Position numbers and translations under genes: made by a program
NCBI GenBank assembly: GCA_963745235.1
Contig: CAVUXE010000009.1
Coordinates: 1-64,000, forward strand
DNA from: an uncultured Spirochaetota bacterium
GTDB lineage: Bacteria > Spirochaetota > Spirochaetia > SZUA-6 > Fen-1364
Direction: 5' to 3'
Length of the DNA stretch: 64,000 nt
Shown here: one piece after another, positions 41,837 to 51,663 of the stretch
Position numbering within the stretch: the first letter of the stretch is position 1
How the letters are laid out: the number at the start of each line of letters is the position of its first letter
Notes under the pieces: generated by a model
Told to the model about the DNA's origin: nothing
Seen by the model: only the letters and a program-made list of their open reading frames with translations
Databases searched by the model: none

Positions 41837-43579
41837 GTGGAACGCGTGACCATCGAACGGGCGGAAAACGGCTCGCGGCCGTTGCAGGATCTCGTGCGAT
41901 CCATCATGGCAGAGGCGGACAACGCTACCCTGCACCGGGTCATCGGCAAATCCATCGCCATCAGCTCGGGAAAAGGCGGGGTCGGCAAGACGATTACCGC
42001 GTGCAACCTGGCCATCTATTATGCGCGCAAGGGCATGAGAACGGGGCTTGTGGATCTGGATCCCCTCTCGGACGTAGCCGCTCTTCTCGATCTGCAGGAC
42101 TCCGAGCAGGTGCTCACCGGCGGCGCCAGGGTTTCCACCAGAAGCGGCGGTGGGATTTTCGAATACCAGATGCCCGTCTTCAAGGGCTTGGAGATCCTCT
42201 TCCCGTTTCAGAAACTCGCCCGCGGCGAGGCGGCCGGAATGCTTGAGAAGATCTATCGCCTCCACCTGCAGGAGGTGGATGGGCTCTACGATCTGCTCAT
42301 CTTCGACATGCCCGCGGGCATGAGCTATGAGGACAACCTCGCGTACCTCCCGTTCATGAGACGGCTGGTCCTCGTGACCAATCCCGAGCCCACCGCACAT
42401 GCGTCGGCTGGCGCGTACGTGAAGGAGGTCCAGCGGCTCTACCCCGGCACCGCCATTAATATCTGGCACAACCGCTATTCCTCCGTGGTCAAGGACGGGT
42501 TCAACCCCGCTGACGTGGCGGGCAACTACAACCGGTTCGTGGACCCTTCGGAAAGGCTCTCCGTGGAGGAAAAGAGCCTCCTGGCGGATTTCGCTTTCAT
42601 CCCCGAGGACCCGGCGCTGGACCTCCTCCAGGGTGAGCCAAACCCCATCCTCCACGTCCTCTCGTGCATGAAGGACAGCCTGGACCATGTTCACGGGCGG
42701 CTTCTCTCCCATGCCTCGGACGGCATGAACATCCCCCGCGGGGTGCGGGAGCTCCTCACCCTCTATGCTCAGCGCCACCCATCCATCGGGAAGCCCGCGG
42801 AGTACCTGGACCGTTTCAGCGCGTACCTTCGGGACGTCGTTGCCGCAGCCGTTGAGCCGGGCGTCGACGCGGGGGCCGCGCGGTTTTCCCCCGAGGAGCA
42901 GCAGGTCCTGGTGACATACCTGGAAAAGATCAAGACGAGCGGACTGCGCCATGAGCTTGTCCGCCTGGAAGGCCTCCTGAGCGACAGGATACGGCAGATC
43001 GACGTGTCACGCAGGGCGATGGGAGGCGCGGCCTCACCTGAGCAGGACAGGGCCGTGGACAGGGAGCTGGGACGTTTCCTCGTCACGGCAAACAGGGCCG
43101 CGAAGAGGAGCGTCCTGATGCGCAGCCACGGAGCGCTCCTCCTCTTCTACTTCTCTCTTTACAAGCTCTACCAGTCTCGGACCCTGATGGCCTTGATCAA
43201 GGGCCTCATTCCGCGACGGCGCAACCAGAAAGGTCGGCTGGTGCGTGACCGGTTTCGACAGATCCGAACGCTGGTCGAAGGGGATGAGAAATACCGGGCG
43301 CGCTACCTCAAGACGCTGCGGGCCCTGTACCAGGTCCTCATGCGTCAGCTGGGGGCAATCGTGGAAGCCCTCCGGCTGCCCCACCTCCTCCTGCGAGACT
43401 CGCAGTCCCGCATCAATGGCAAGGCGTACCTGAAGCTGCTCACCGCCTTCCTTCATGAGACCCTGTACGGCGGGCTGAGCGTGATTGTCGGCTTCGATTA
43501 CCGGTCCACCGCGGTGGCGTTCCGTGATGGGGCGGAAAGGCTGCTTGCCGGCGGGGAGCAGAAGCTGGACACCGCCTGA
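41837..43579 (+). CDS. MinD/FlhG-like P-loop ATPase with a long C-terminal helical extension
   Basis: Deviant Walker A SSGKGGVGKT, VDLD, FDMPAG, TNPEPTA; roughly 300 extra residues; start uncertain (41837 GTG or 41905 ATG). Confidence 0.8.
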   Translation: MERVTIERAENGSRPLQDLVRSIMAEADNATLHRVIGKSIAISSGKGGVGKTITACNLAIYYARKGMRTGLVDLDPLSDVAALLDLQDSEQVLTGGARVSTRSGGGIFEYQMPVFKGLEILFPFQKLARGEAAGMLEKIYRLHLQEVDGLYDLLIFDMPAGMSYEDNLAYLPFMRRLVLVTNPEPTAHASAGAYVKEVQRLYPGTAINIWHNRYSSVVKDGFNPADVAGNYNRFVDPSERLSVEEKSLLADFAFIPEDPALDLLQGEPNPILHVLSCMKDSLDHVHGRLLSHASDGMNIPRGVRELLTLYAQRHPSIGKPAEYLDRFSAYLRDVVAAAVEPGVDAGAARFSPEEQQVLVTYLEKIKTSGLRHELVRLEGLLSDRIRQIDVSRRAMGGAASPEQDRAVDRELGRFLVTANRAAKRSVLMRSHGALLLFYFSLYKLYQSRTLMALIKGLIPRRRNQKGRLVRDRFRQIRTLVEGDEKYRARYLKTLRALYQVLMRQLGAIVEALRLPHLLLRDSQSRINGKAYLKLLTAFLHETLYGGLSVIVGFDYRSTAVAFRDGAERLLAGGEQKLDTA

Positions 43580-43632
43580 GGCGGATCATTCGCCAGTGGA
43601 CGAATCCTGCCCGTTATGATCAGCTTCACACC

Positions 43633-44655
43633 ATGAAAATGGGCATGGCGCGCATCCTTGCTGTTCTTCTTGCCGGCACTTTCGTCGCAGCGGGCTGTCA
43701 GCAGCGGACCCCGCTGTCACAGACTGCGGAAATCCTGTGGACAACATGCACCATTACGCTTTATGACCACGCGGAAAAAGCGAACCTGGATGCGTGCTTC
43801 CAGAGGCTGCGCGAGATTCACGGACGGATGAGCGTGAACGTGCCGGGCTCGGAGCTGGATGCCATTGCCGCGGCAGCCGGCAAGGAGCCCGTTCGCGTTA
43901 CCGATGACGTTCTCACGGTGACAAAGAAGGCCCTCCAGCTTGCCCAGTTGTCCGGTGGTCTCTTTGATCCGACCGTGGGGCCGCTCATCAAGGTCTGGAA
44001 GATCAACCAGGACCATCCCGAAATCCCGAAAGCGGCAGACATTGCGGCGGCCAGGGCACTGGTCAACTGGCGCGACGTAGTGGTTGATGATGCGGCGAAA
44101 ACGATCCTCCTCAAGCGGGCTGGAATGGAGCTGGACCTCGGCGGCCTGGTGAAAGGATACGCGGCGGACGAGGCCATGCGCATCCTGTCCGCCCGCGGCG
44201 TCAGGTCTGCAATCATCGACCTTGGAGGGGACATCTTCGCCATGGGCCGGGCACAAAGCGGCCAGGCCTGGAAGATCGGAGTGCAAAACCCGGGAGCTGA
44301 GCGGGGAACCTACCTGGGAATAGCCCAGGTGATCGACAAGACGGTTGTCACCTCGGGAGTCTATGAGCACTTCTTCATGAAAAACGGGAAGAGATACCAT
44401 CACCTCATGGACACTCGCACCGGGTATCCCGTGGACAATGGCCTGGATTCCGTTACCGTTATTACCAGGTCCTCGATGGACGCGGATGGTTTCGGCCTGG
44501 CCCTGTTCTGTATGGGGACGGACAAGGGGATCCAGCTCGGGGAGAAGCTCGACCTTGGAGTTGTGATGGTCGATGCTGCTCATAAAGTGTACGTAACGCC
44601 GGGAGCGAAAGCCTACTTTACGATCACGGATCCGAGCTTCACGTACGCCAACTAA
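43633..44655 (+). CDS. apbE: FAD:protein FMN transferase lipoprotein
   Basis: Lipobox AAGC, FDPTVGPL..W, LDLGGLVKGYAAD, DLGGD, TSGVYE, YHHLMD.RTGYP, ADG. Confidence 0.93.
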   Translation: MKMGMARILAVLLAGTFVAAGCQQRTPLSQTAEILWTTCTITLYDHAEKANLDACFQRLREIHGRMSVNVPGSELDAIAAAAGKEPVRVTDDVLTVTKKALQLAQLSGGLFDPTVGPLIKVWKINQDHPEIPKAADIAAARALVNWRDVVVDDAAKTILLKRAGMELDLGGLVKGYAADEAMRILSARGVRSAIIDLGGDIFAMGRAQSGQAWKIGVQNPGAERGTYLGIAQVIDKTVVTSGVYEHFFMKNGKRYHHLMDTRTGYPVDNGLDSVTVITRSSMDADGFGLALFCMGTDKGIQLGEKLDLGVVMVDAAHKVYVTPGAKAYFTITDPSFTYAN

Positions 44656-44755
44656 GCAACGGGAGTGTGCCGGGGCAGGCGTCCAGGTTTCCTTGACACG
44701 CAGGAGCGCAGGGGATAGCGTTCGGTTCAGGTTCCCGCTGCCTCGGAGGTGGGTC

Positions 44756-45637
44756 ATGAGACGCGCCTTGTTCCTCTGCTCGGCAATCGCCTCGGCTCTT
44801 CTCCTTCTCTCCTGCCAGAAAAACCAGTCCACTGCCCTTCCTCCTGCCGCAATCGCGGATTCGAAAAGCTGCTTTTCGCTCACGGATATCACTTTCTGGG
44901 ATCTCAGCGGCACAACGCTCACGCAAAAGGGAAGCGTCCAGGTGGGGGAAAAGCTCGCCCTGCTGGGGCAGAGCCGCCACGTGACAATGGGGGGAAAAGA
45001 ACGGGATCTGCTCAGAGCGCGTCGCGACACGGGGGCAGAGGGCTGGGTGCGCGGGGACTATGTCATCTCCAACGCCATCCTTGCCGTCACAACCGCGGAC
45101 GCTGTCATCTACAGCGTTCCCCGAAACACGGCGGCAACCACCGACAGCATACCGCGAATGACCGTGCTGGCCATTCACTCGGACTCCGGCGGGATGCCAT
45201 TCATCCATGTGAGCTTCTATGACCCGCAGCAGAGCACCGTACGCAACGATGTCTACCTGCGAAACGAGGGTGTCTCGGCGCGGCCTGATGACGTGCAGGC
45301 AGCCATTCTCCTGCAGCTGGCTGCTGAATCGAACAACCAGAGGCAGCGGGAGGCCTTCCTCACCTCAGGGATCAAGGACTATCCGGGGTCGCTTTTTCTC
45401 CCCCAGCTTCAAGATGCGTTGAATGCCCTGCATTCCCCGGCGCCTCAAACGCAGGCTGGCGCGGCCGCTCCGCCTGCTTCGCCGCCCCAGGCTGCTTCGC
45501 CTCCGGCCACTTCACCCGCAGGCGCCTCGACTCCGGCTGCCGGCGCGTCCCCCGCGTCTCCTGGCCAGCCCCCTGCTGCCTCGCCGGCGCCCGCGGCGCA
45601 GCCCCCGGGGCAGCCCGCCGCGCAGGGTGGCGGCTGA
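44756..45637 (+). CDS. Lipoprotein with SH3-like domain and Pro/Ala-rich tail
   Basis: Spirochaetal lipobox LLLLSC; GEKL..L...EGWV SH3-like pattern; GGAGG RBS. Confidence 0.7.
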   Translation: MRRALFLCSAIASALLLLSCQKNQSTALPPAAIADSKSCFSLTDITFWDLSGTTLTQKGSVQVGEKLALLGQSRHVTMGGKERDLLRARRDTGAEGWVRGDYVISNAILAVTTADAVIYSVPRNTAATTDSIPRMTVLAIHSDSGGMPFIHVSFYDPQQSTVRNDVYLRNEGVSARPDDVQAAILLQLAAESNNQRQREAFLTSGIKDYPGSLFLPQLQDALNALHSPAPQTQAGAAAPPASPPQAASPPATSPAGASTPAAGASPASPGQPPAASPAPAAQPPGQPAAQGGG

Positions 45638-45699
45638 CACCGCTTTCCCAGCGCCGCGCTATCGTGTACCATGGCCCGCCTGCTGGCGAGGAGGACATC

Positions 45700-46977
45700 A
45701 TGCCCGTGACTGCCGTGGTCGGCGCGAACTGGGGAGACGAGGGGAAGGGAAAGATCACTGACTACCTCGCGAGCGAGGCGGACTTTGTCGTGCGCTACCA
45801 GGGCGGCAACAACGCGGGCCATACAATCATCAACCAGTTCGGAAAGTTCGCCCTGCACCTGCTGCCCTCCGGTGTCTTCTACCCGAATGTGATCAACGTC
45901 CTCGGGCCGGGCGTTGCCGTGAACATCCCCGCGCTCCTCTCCGAGTTCGATGCGCTGCTGCAGCGCGGCGTCCCGCGGCCGGATGTCCGCGTTTCCGAGC
46001 GCGCACAAATTCTCCTCCCGTACCACATCCTTTTCGATACGCTGGAGGAGGAGCGGCTCGGCAAGGAGAGCTTCGGCTCCACCAAATCGGGCATTGCGCC
46101 GTTTTACGCGGACAAGTGCCTGAAGATCGGTCTCCAGGTGAACGAGCTCTTCGACACGGCCATCGTCAAGGCCAGGCTCGCAAAAGCCATCGTCTCCCGC
46201 AATGTCCTGCTGGAGAAGCTGTACGGAAAGCCGCCTCTGTCCCTGGACGAGATGGTGGCGCAGCTCATCCCCCTCAGGGACAGGCTGGCTCCTTTTGTGA
46301 CCGACACGACAATGCTGCTCATGGATGCGGTGGAGGCGGGAAAGACCGTGCTGGTGGAAGGCCAGCTGGGCACGCTTCGCGACCCCGATCACGGGATATA
46401 CCCCTATCCCACCTCTTCATCCCCGCTGGCGGGCTTTGCGGCGGTCGGAGCCGGCGTTCCACCCTGGTCCATCTCCCGGGTCGTTGCCGTCACCAAGGCG
46501 TATTCCAGCTGCGTGGGCGCGGGGCCGTTCGTCACCGAGCTGCACGGGGAAGAGGGGGAAACCCTGCGAAAGAGGGGGGGAGATGCCGGGGAGTATGGGG
46601 CAACCACGGGGCGCCCGCGGCGCGTGGGCTGGTTCGACTGCGTGGCAACCTCCTACGGGTGCAGGGTGCAGGGTGCCACGGAAGCTGCAATCACGAACCT
46701 CGATGTCCTGGGGTATCGGGATTCCATCCCCGTCTGTACCGCGTATCGCCTTGGCGGGGAGAAAACGACCCGGTTCCCGGTCTCCCGATTGCTGGATTCT
46801 GCCGAAGGCGTGTTCGAGGAGCTCCCGGGCTGGAAGACCGACATCGGCGCCACCCGCTCTTTCGAGGATCTCCCGGGTCAGGCCCGGGACTACGTTCTGT
46901 TCATCGAAGAGAGGATCCGGACTTCCATCAGGTGGATTTCCGTCGGGCCCCGGCGCGAGCAGATGATACGAAGGTGA
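45700..46977 (+). CDS. purA: Adenylosuccinate synthetase
   Basis: GANWGDEGKGK, QGGNNAGHT, EYGATTGRPRRVGW, ISVGP. Confidence 0.98.
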   Translation: MPVTAVVGANWGDEGKGKITDYLASEADFVVRYQGGNNAGHTIINQFGKFALHLLPSGVFYPNVINVLGPGVAVNIPALLSEFDALLQRGVPRPDVRVSERAQILLPYHILFDTLEEERLGKESFGSTKSGIAPFYADKCLKIGLQVNELFDTAIVKARLAKAIVSRNVLLEKLYGKPPLSLDEMVAQLIPLRDRLAPFVTDTTMLLMDAVEAGKTVLVEGQLGTLRDPDHGIYPYPTSSSPLAGFAAVGAGVPPWSISRVVAVTKAYSSCVGAGPFVTELHGEEGETLRKRGGDAGEYGATTGRPRRVGWFDCVATSYGCRVQGATEAAITNLDVLGYRDSIPVCTAYRLGGEKTTRFPVSRLLDSAEGVFEELPGWKTDIGATRSFEDLPGQARDYVLFIEERIRTSIRWISVGPRREQMIRR

Positions 46978-47793
46978 CTAGAGGCTTCCTTCGACGACCC
47001 TGATGACCCTGTTGGGCGATGCAAAGCGGACGTCTTCCGCGCTGAATCGTGACGTGATGTCCTTCATGATGGAGTTCTTCAGGGCAAGGAAATCCGCCTG
47101 GCTGAACCAGAGCCCAAGCAGGATTTCGATCCCGGATTCCTTGAAATCATTGAGCACGATGACGGGTTGAGGCTCATCCAGGCTCCACGGGTTGACGCGC
47201 GCGATCTCCGCAAGCAGGTCCTGGACATGGGAGAGGTCCTGCCCGTGCGCCACCTGGAAGAGGAAGTCCATCCTGCGGATGGGAAACCGCGTGATGTTGG
47301 TGACCTCGGAGCTGAGGATCTTCTCATTGGGGATGCGCACGAAGAGGTTGTCGAAAGTGCGGATCTTGATGGACAGAAGATCGATGGACTGGATGATACC
47401 CGTGGTGGTCCCGATGCGGATCACGTCCCCGACAGTGAAGGGTTTCTCCGAGATGAGGAACAGCCCGCTGATGATGTTGGACACGCTGGTCTGGGAGGCA
47501 AAGCCCACCGCTATCCCGACGATCCCCGCCGCTCCCAGGAGCGCGGTGAGCTTCACTCCGAGCTCGCCGAGGACGGTCACCACCACCAGGACGAAGCCCG
47601 TGTAGCTGATGGCCTTGCGGGCGATCATCTGGCGCTGCGCCGTGGACTTCCGCATGATGTAGCGCTGCGTCACCACGGCGAGCACCCGCACCAGGAACAG
47701 ACCGACCACCAGGGTGAGGACGATCTGCAGCCCGCGGGAGAGCACGTCCGGAGAGAGAGACGCGAGCCACGTCCTGATCTGCTGTGTGAACAT
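46978..47793 (-). CDS. MscS-family mechanosensitive channel
   Basis: GAAGIVGIAVGFASQTSVSNIISG, PFTVGD.I, RTFDN...IPN. Confidence 0.93.
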   Translation of the reverse strand: MFTQQIRTWLASLSPDVLSRGLQIVLTLVVGLFLVRVLAVVTQRYIMRKSTAQRQMIARKAISYTGFVLVVVTVLGELGVKLTALLGAAGIVGIAVGFASQTSVSNIISGLFLISEKPFTVGDVIRIGTTTGIIQSIDLLSIKIRTFDNLFVRIPNEKILSSEVTNITRFPIRRMDFLFQVAHGQDLSHVQDLLAEIARVNPWSLDEPQPVIVLNDFKESGIEILLGLWFSQADFLALKNSIMKDITSRFSAEDVRFASPNRVIRVVEGSL

Positions 47794-47807
47794 GCGGCCG
47801 TCCCCCC

Positions 47808-48605
47808 TCAGAAGTCCGTGAAGGACTTCAGGATCCCGAAGGTCTTCCTGATGTTCCAGCCCGGCGACGGCTGGCGCGCGGCCGCGAACATCGTCAGACC
47901 TTTCTCGAATCCCGGCGCCTCGCGATCTATCTCGATCTGCGTTCCCTGCTCGGGGCCCCGAAAAACGACATTCAGCTTGTTCGTCCACAACCTGCGCGGG
48001 CTGCGAAACACGCTGAGGTTCTCCACGTGAAGGCAGATCTTCTCGAAGGCGAGATCGGTTGTGGAATCGTTGGTTATTGACAGCGGGCAGACCGTCAGAT
48101 GCGCGCAAGGATCCACGGAATCGATTCCCTGGTGCAGCCGGGTGGCCAGCCCATAGCACAGCTCGCCCGTGACCGGGTCACCGAACCAGGTCTTGGTGAG
48201 CACCGTTATTGCTTCCTCGAAGATGGTGAGATGCCGGGGAACGGTGGTACAGAGACGAAACCAGACAGGGATCTCGAGGAAGAACAACGCATCCTGTCCC
48301 GGGAGCAGGGTCAGGGACCTGTCGGGCCGCACGACAATGGGCTTGTCCGGAAGGACTGCAACGGGCTGGACCGGACCCATTTCCTTATGGAGGTAGTGCC
48401 GCCAGAGAGAAGACTCAGGCTTTTGGGAACGGGCTACCGGCTCGCGTCGGACGTTGCCGCGCCAACCCTCCTGGGCCAGGGTGAGGACGTGCCATTCGTG
48501 GTCCACCCGCTCCACCCAGATGCTGCGGGTGGGGAACCGCCATGCCACGCACTGCCTCACAGAGATTTCTGTCCTGTCCCAGACCGCGGTGCCGGTCTTG
48601 TCCAT
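47808..48605 (-). CDS. DUF432-like protein
   Basis: PDKPIVVRP, FFLEIP, TWFGDPVTGELCY; adjacent to MscS. Confidence 0.7.
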   Translation of the reverse strand: MDKTGTAVWDRTEISVRQCVAWRFPTRSIWVERVDHEWHVLTLAQEGWRGNVRREPVARSQKPESSLWRHYLHKEMGPVQPVAVLPDKPIVVRPDRSLTLLPGQDALFFLEIPVWFRLCTTVPRHLTIFEEAITVLTKTWFGDPVTGELCYGLATRLHQGIDSVDPCAHLTVCPLSITNDSTTDLAFEKICLHVENLSVFRSPRRLWTNKLNVVFRGPEQGTQIEIDREAPGFEKGLTMFAAARQPSPGWNIRKTFGILKSFTDF

Positions 48606-48613
48606 TCTGCCCC

Positions 48614-49270
48614 TTAACTATCTTTTCGGCTCTTTTGGAGCAGGAGGATACCGATGAGAAGCAAAACAATGGGGATCACGAGCCCCGTCACCGAAACCGA
48701 GACATGCAGCCAATCCGCGGCAAGGCGGTTGACGGGCTCTGAAAAGATATGGAGGATCCCGATGATCCCCGCGACAAGAAGAACCCAGCCTCCGGTGCGG
48801 CGGTTCAGCAGCACTCGCTCCCAGACGGCCTTCATGGTGTCGTCGTCCGTGGCCGGGAGATCGCGTCCTCTCCTTCGGGCGTCGCAGATGGCCATTGTGT
48901 CGAATACGGCATAGCTGAGAAACAGCACGGAGAGGGTCGGCACGAGGTACGCTGTCATCCAGTACATGCCGGTGGCATCCGAGTACAGGATGACCAGGAA
49001 AACGGATGCGATCAGGAGGGCCATGAGCGCGAACCCTTTGCCGATCAGTCCCAGGAACATGTGACCTGCTCCCGGAAGGAGGCTCAGGAGCGCGGCAACG
49101 AGCTTTGCCCATCCCGGGTACGCCCTCGTGACGGGGGCCACGGCGGCGGTCAGGCATTCGCGACACCAGGTCCGCTCATCCAGCTCGATCAGGCACTCGC
49201 CGCAATACGACCGGCCGCACCTGAGGCAGGCTCCAATCGACTCGACTTTCGGGTGGATGCTGCACTTCAT
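48614..49270 (-). CDS. B-box zinc-finger membrane protein
   Basis: MKCSIHP..C..C...C.EC.......C.EC, then LLSLLPGAGHMFLG TM segments. Confidence 0.8.
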   Translation of the reverse strand: MKCSIHPKVESIGACLRCGRSYCGECLIELDERTWCRECLTAAVAPVTRAYPGWAKLVAALLSLLPGAGHMFLGLIGKGFALMALLIASVFLVILYSDATGMYWMTAYLVPTLSVLFLSYAVFDTMAICDARRRGRDLPATDDDTMKAVWERVLLNRRTGGWVLLVAGIIGILHIFSEPVNRLAADWLHVSVSVTGLVIPIVLLLIGILLLQKSRKDS

Positions 49271-49788
49271 CTCGCCACTCCTCCGTCGCTTCCCGAAGAC
49301 AGTCCCCCGGGCTTCGCCAGGGTACCCCGGACCAGCCGGTCCGCGCCCGTCAGTGCCGCACGCACCTTCGGCGTTCCCGCGGCAGAAAGATCCGCCGCCA
49401 CAGCCCCGGTTGCCAGGATTGTCGGATACGACGCCGGGGGTATCACCAGGCTGACGGCAAGGAGCGCCGCGCTCAGCATGAAGCTCAGCCCGAGCCGACG
49501 ATAGAACCTTCCGCGCTGAGCTTCCCTGTCCGCGGCGCCAGCCCGGGAAGGGTATCCCTCCATTGCCAGGTGATGCACCTCGCTCATGACCCTGGCTCGA
49601 AAGCCGGCCGGAGCCGCGCCGTCGGGCGCGCTGGCCAGCGCCGAGGCCAGACCCACCGCCTGGGCCAGGCTCCGGGAGCAGGCATCGCAGGAAGCGACAT
49701 GCGTTGCCATTTCCTTCACCGTGTCGGCCTCCAGCTTGCCGTCCACGTACTTGTCCAGCAGTGAATCGACCGTCGAGCAGCGCATCAT
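49267..49788 (-). CDS. Zinc-finger (zf-HC2) anti-sigma factor
   Basis: YVDGKL...HVASCDAC (HxxxCxxC) plus one TM helix. Confidence 0.88.
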   Translation of the reverse strand: MMRCSTVDSLLDKYVDGKLEADTVKEMATHVASCDACSRSLAQAVGLASALASAPDGAAPAGFRARVMSEVHHLAMEGYPSRAGAADREAQRGRFYRRLGLSFMLSAALLAVSLVIPPASYPTILATGAVAADLSAAGTPKVRAALTGADRLVRGTLAKPGGLSSGSDGGVAR

Positions 49789-50363
49789 CCGGGGTCCCTG
49801 AGCGTCTTTCGCAGCATCTGCCGCGCCCGGTAGAGCCGTGTCTCAACGGTCTTTATCGGGATGTCCAGGACGCTCCCGATCTGATCATAGGAGAGCTCCT
49901 GATAATACAGAAGAATCACCACCGTGCGGTACCGCTCGGGGAGCCGGTCCACTGCTTTCCTGACCTCATTTCGCTCTTCAGCTGCGAGGAGACACTTTCC
50001 CAGGTCCACTGTTCCATCTGCCACCTCCGCTGCTGCATCGATTGAGGCCGTCCTCCGTCCCGGCTTCCTGTTTCTGCGGAGCCAGTCCATGCAGAGGTTG
50101 AACGTGATCCGGTAGAGCCACGTGGAGAACCTCGCATGCCCCTTGAATCCTTCCAGCCCGCGAAAGGCCTTGAGAAACGCCTCCTGGGCAAGGTCCTCCG
50201 CGTCTGCCCCGTGCCCGACGAATCTCCCCGTCATCCCGTACACCCGGTCCTGGTATCGCCGCACCAGCTCGTCGAACAAACGTGTCTCGCCGTCGCATAT
50301 GCGGCCAATGATCTCACCATCAGTCACGGTCTCGGGCTGCCCCTCTTTGGCCGCCCGCGTCAC
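49785..50363 (-). CDS. ECF sigma-70 factor
   Basis: AEDLAQEAFLKA, FSTWLYRI..N, LSYDQI...PIKTVETRLYRAR. Confidence 0.95.
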   Translation of the reverse strand: MTRAAKEGQPETVTDGEIIGRICDGETRLFDELVRRYQDRVYGMTGRFVGHGADAEDLAQEAFLKAFRGLEGFKGHARFSTWLYRITFNLCMDWLRRNRKPGRRTASIDAAAEVADGTVDLGKCLLAAEERNEVRKAVDRLPERYRTVVILLYYQELSYDQIGSVLDIPIKTVETRLYRARQMLRKTLRDPG

Positions 50364-50571
50364 GGCGGCTTTTTCAATTCTGCTGCGGCGATCTGACCGG
50401 GTGGCTGCGCCCCGCAGGGCGCTCCTCCCTCACGATTATCACTCTGGCGCCCCGGTGTCAAAGGATTTGACGCGCGGGAGGCCTGCAACCCTTCATACAA
50501 TACCTTCATGCAATAATCGAAGTACTATACGGCGGGAGCTCGTCAGACGGCTCGACAGGAGGGATGTTTCA

Positions 50572-51408
50572 GTGCAGCGAGTCTGCGTCGTGACAGGGGC
50601 TACCTCGGGGATTGGGCGAGAAACGGCAAGGATTCTTGCGGCGCGTGGTGCAGCTGTGATCGGCGTGGGGCGGGACGCCGGCAGGTGCGCGGCTGCCGCG
50701 AAAGAGATCCGAGGTTCGACGGGAAACCCCACCGTGAGCATTCTGGTCGCTGACCTGTCTTCCCAGGCGGCAATCAGGGATCTCGCCCGCCAGATCGCCG
50801 CCCGCGTGGACCGGGTGGATGTGCTTGTGAACAACGCCGGTACGTTTACCTTTCGCCGGGCAGAAACCTGCGACGGCCTGGAGATGCAGTTTGCGGTGAA
50901 CTATCTCTCGGGTTTTCTCCTGACGCGACTGCTCCAGCCTCTCCTGCGCGCCTCGTCCGGGGCGCGCGTGGTCACCACGAGCTCGGGATCTCATTTCAGC
51001 GGTCGGATTCGATGGGACGACATGATGCTTCACAGGCGCTACAACGGGCTTTCGGCGTACAACCAGTCAAAGCTGGCTACTGTCCTTTTCACCCGGGAGC
51101 TGGCGCGGCGGCTGGGTGCCCGTTCCTCCATCAGCACATACGCCGTGGATCCGGGGCTCGTCAAGACCGAGATAGGTCTGAAGGGCAACGGCCCGCTGGT
51201 ACACCTGGCTTGGAAGATCAGGGCAAGGAGGGGGATACGCCCCGAGCAGGCTGCCGCCTCCCTTGTGTTCTGCGCCCTGGATCCCGGCGCAGAGGGACGC
51301 TCCGGGCTCTACTGGAAAGACTGCGCCGCGCGCCCGCCGTCACGAGCCGCGCGCTGTGACCAAGATGCCCGCAGGCTGTGGGAGCTCAGCGAGGAATTGT
51401 GCCGCTGA
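50572..51408 (+). CDS. SDR-family oxidoreductase (retinol dehydrogenase-like)
   Basis: VTGATSGIG, LVNNAG, YNQSK (YxxxK); AGGAGG RBS. Confidence 0.9.
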   Translation: MQRVCVVTGATSGIGRETARILAARGAAVIGVGRDAGRCAAAAKEIRGSTGNPTVSILVADLSSQAAIRDLARQIAARVDRVDVLVNNAGTFTFRRAETCDGLEMQFAVNYLSGFLLTRLLQPLLRASSGARVVTTSSGSHFSGRIRWDDMMLHRRYNGLSAYNQSKLATVLFTRELARRLGARSSISTYAVDPGLVKTEIGLKGNGPLVHLAWKIRARRGIRPEQAAASLVFCALDPGAEGRSGLYWKDCAARPPSRAARCDQDARRLWELSEELCR

Positions 51409-51426
51409 GGCCGCAGACGGCCCGGC

Positions 51427-51657
51427 CTATTGCATTCCGCAGAGACCCGAGCCGCACCTGCCCTGCTCGCAGCCGCACTCCCCCGTGGCGCAGGAAGGGA
51501 CTGCCTCCGCGTGCCGGGCGGTGTGCGCGGCGAACAGGCTGAGCTTCCTCACCACCCGCTCGCTCTGGCAGGAAGGACAGGCGATCTTCGTGTCGGAGCG
51601 CATGAGCAGCTCGAACGAGGAGCTGCACTTCCTGCACTCGTACTCGTAAATGGGCAT
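51427..51657 (-). CDS. FmdB-family zinc ribbon protein
   Basis: MPIYEYECRKC..FE...CPSC plus Cys-rich tail. Confidence 0.9.
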   Translation of the reverse strand: MPIYEYECRKCSSSFELLMRSDTKIACPSCQSERVVRKLSLFAAHTARHAEAVPSCATGECGCEQGRCGSGLCGMQ

Positions 51658-51663
51658 GGCCTT

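Noticed and set aside
44756-45637. Lipoprotein downstream of apbE as a flavinylation substrate
   Set aside because: No canonical [S/T]GA[S/T] FMN-attachment motif with an upstream Asp; the AGAS strings lie in a low-complexity tail.
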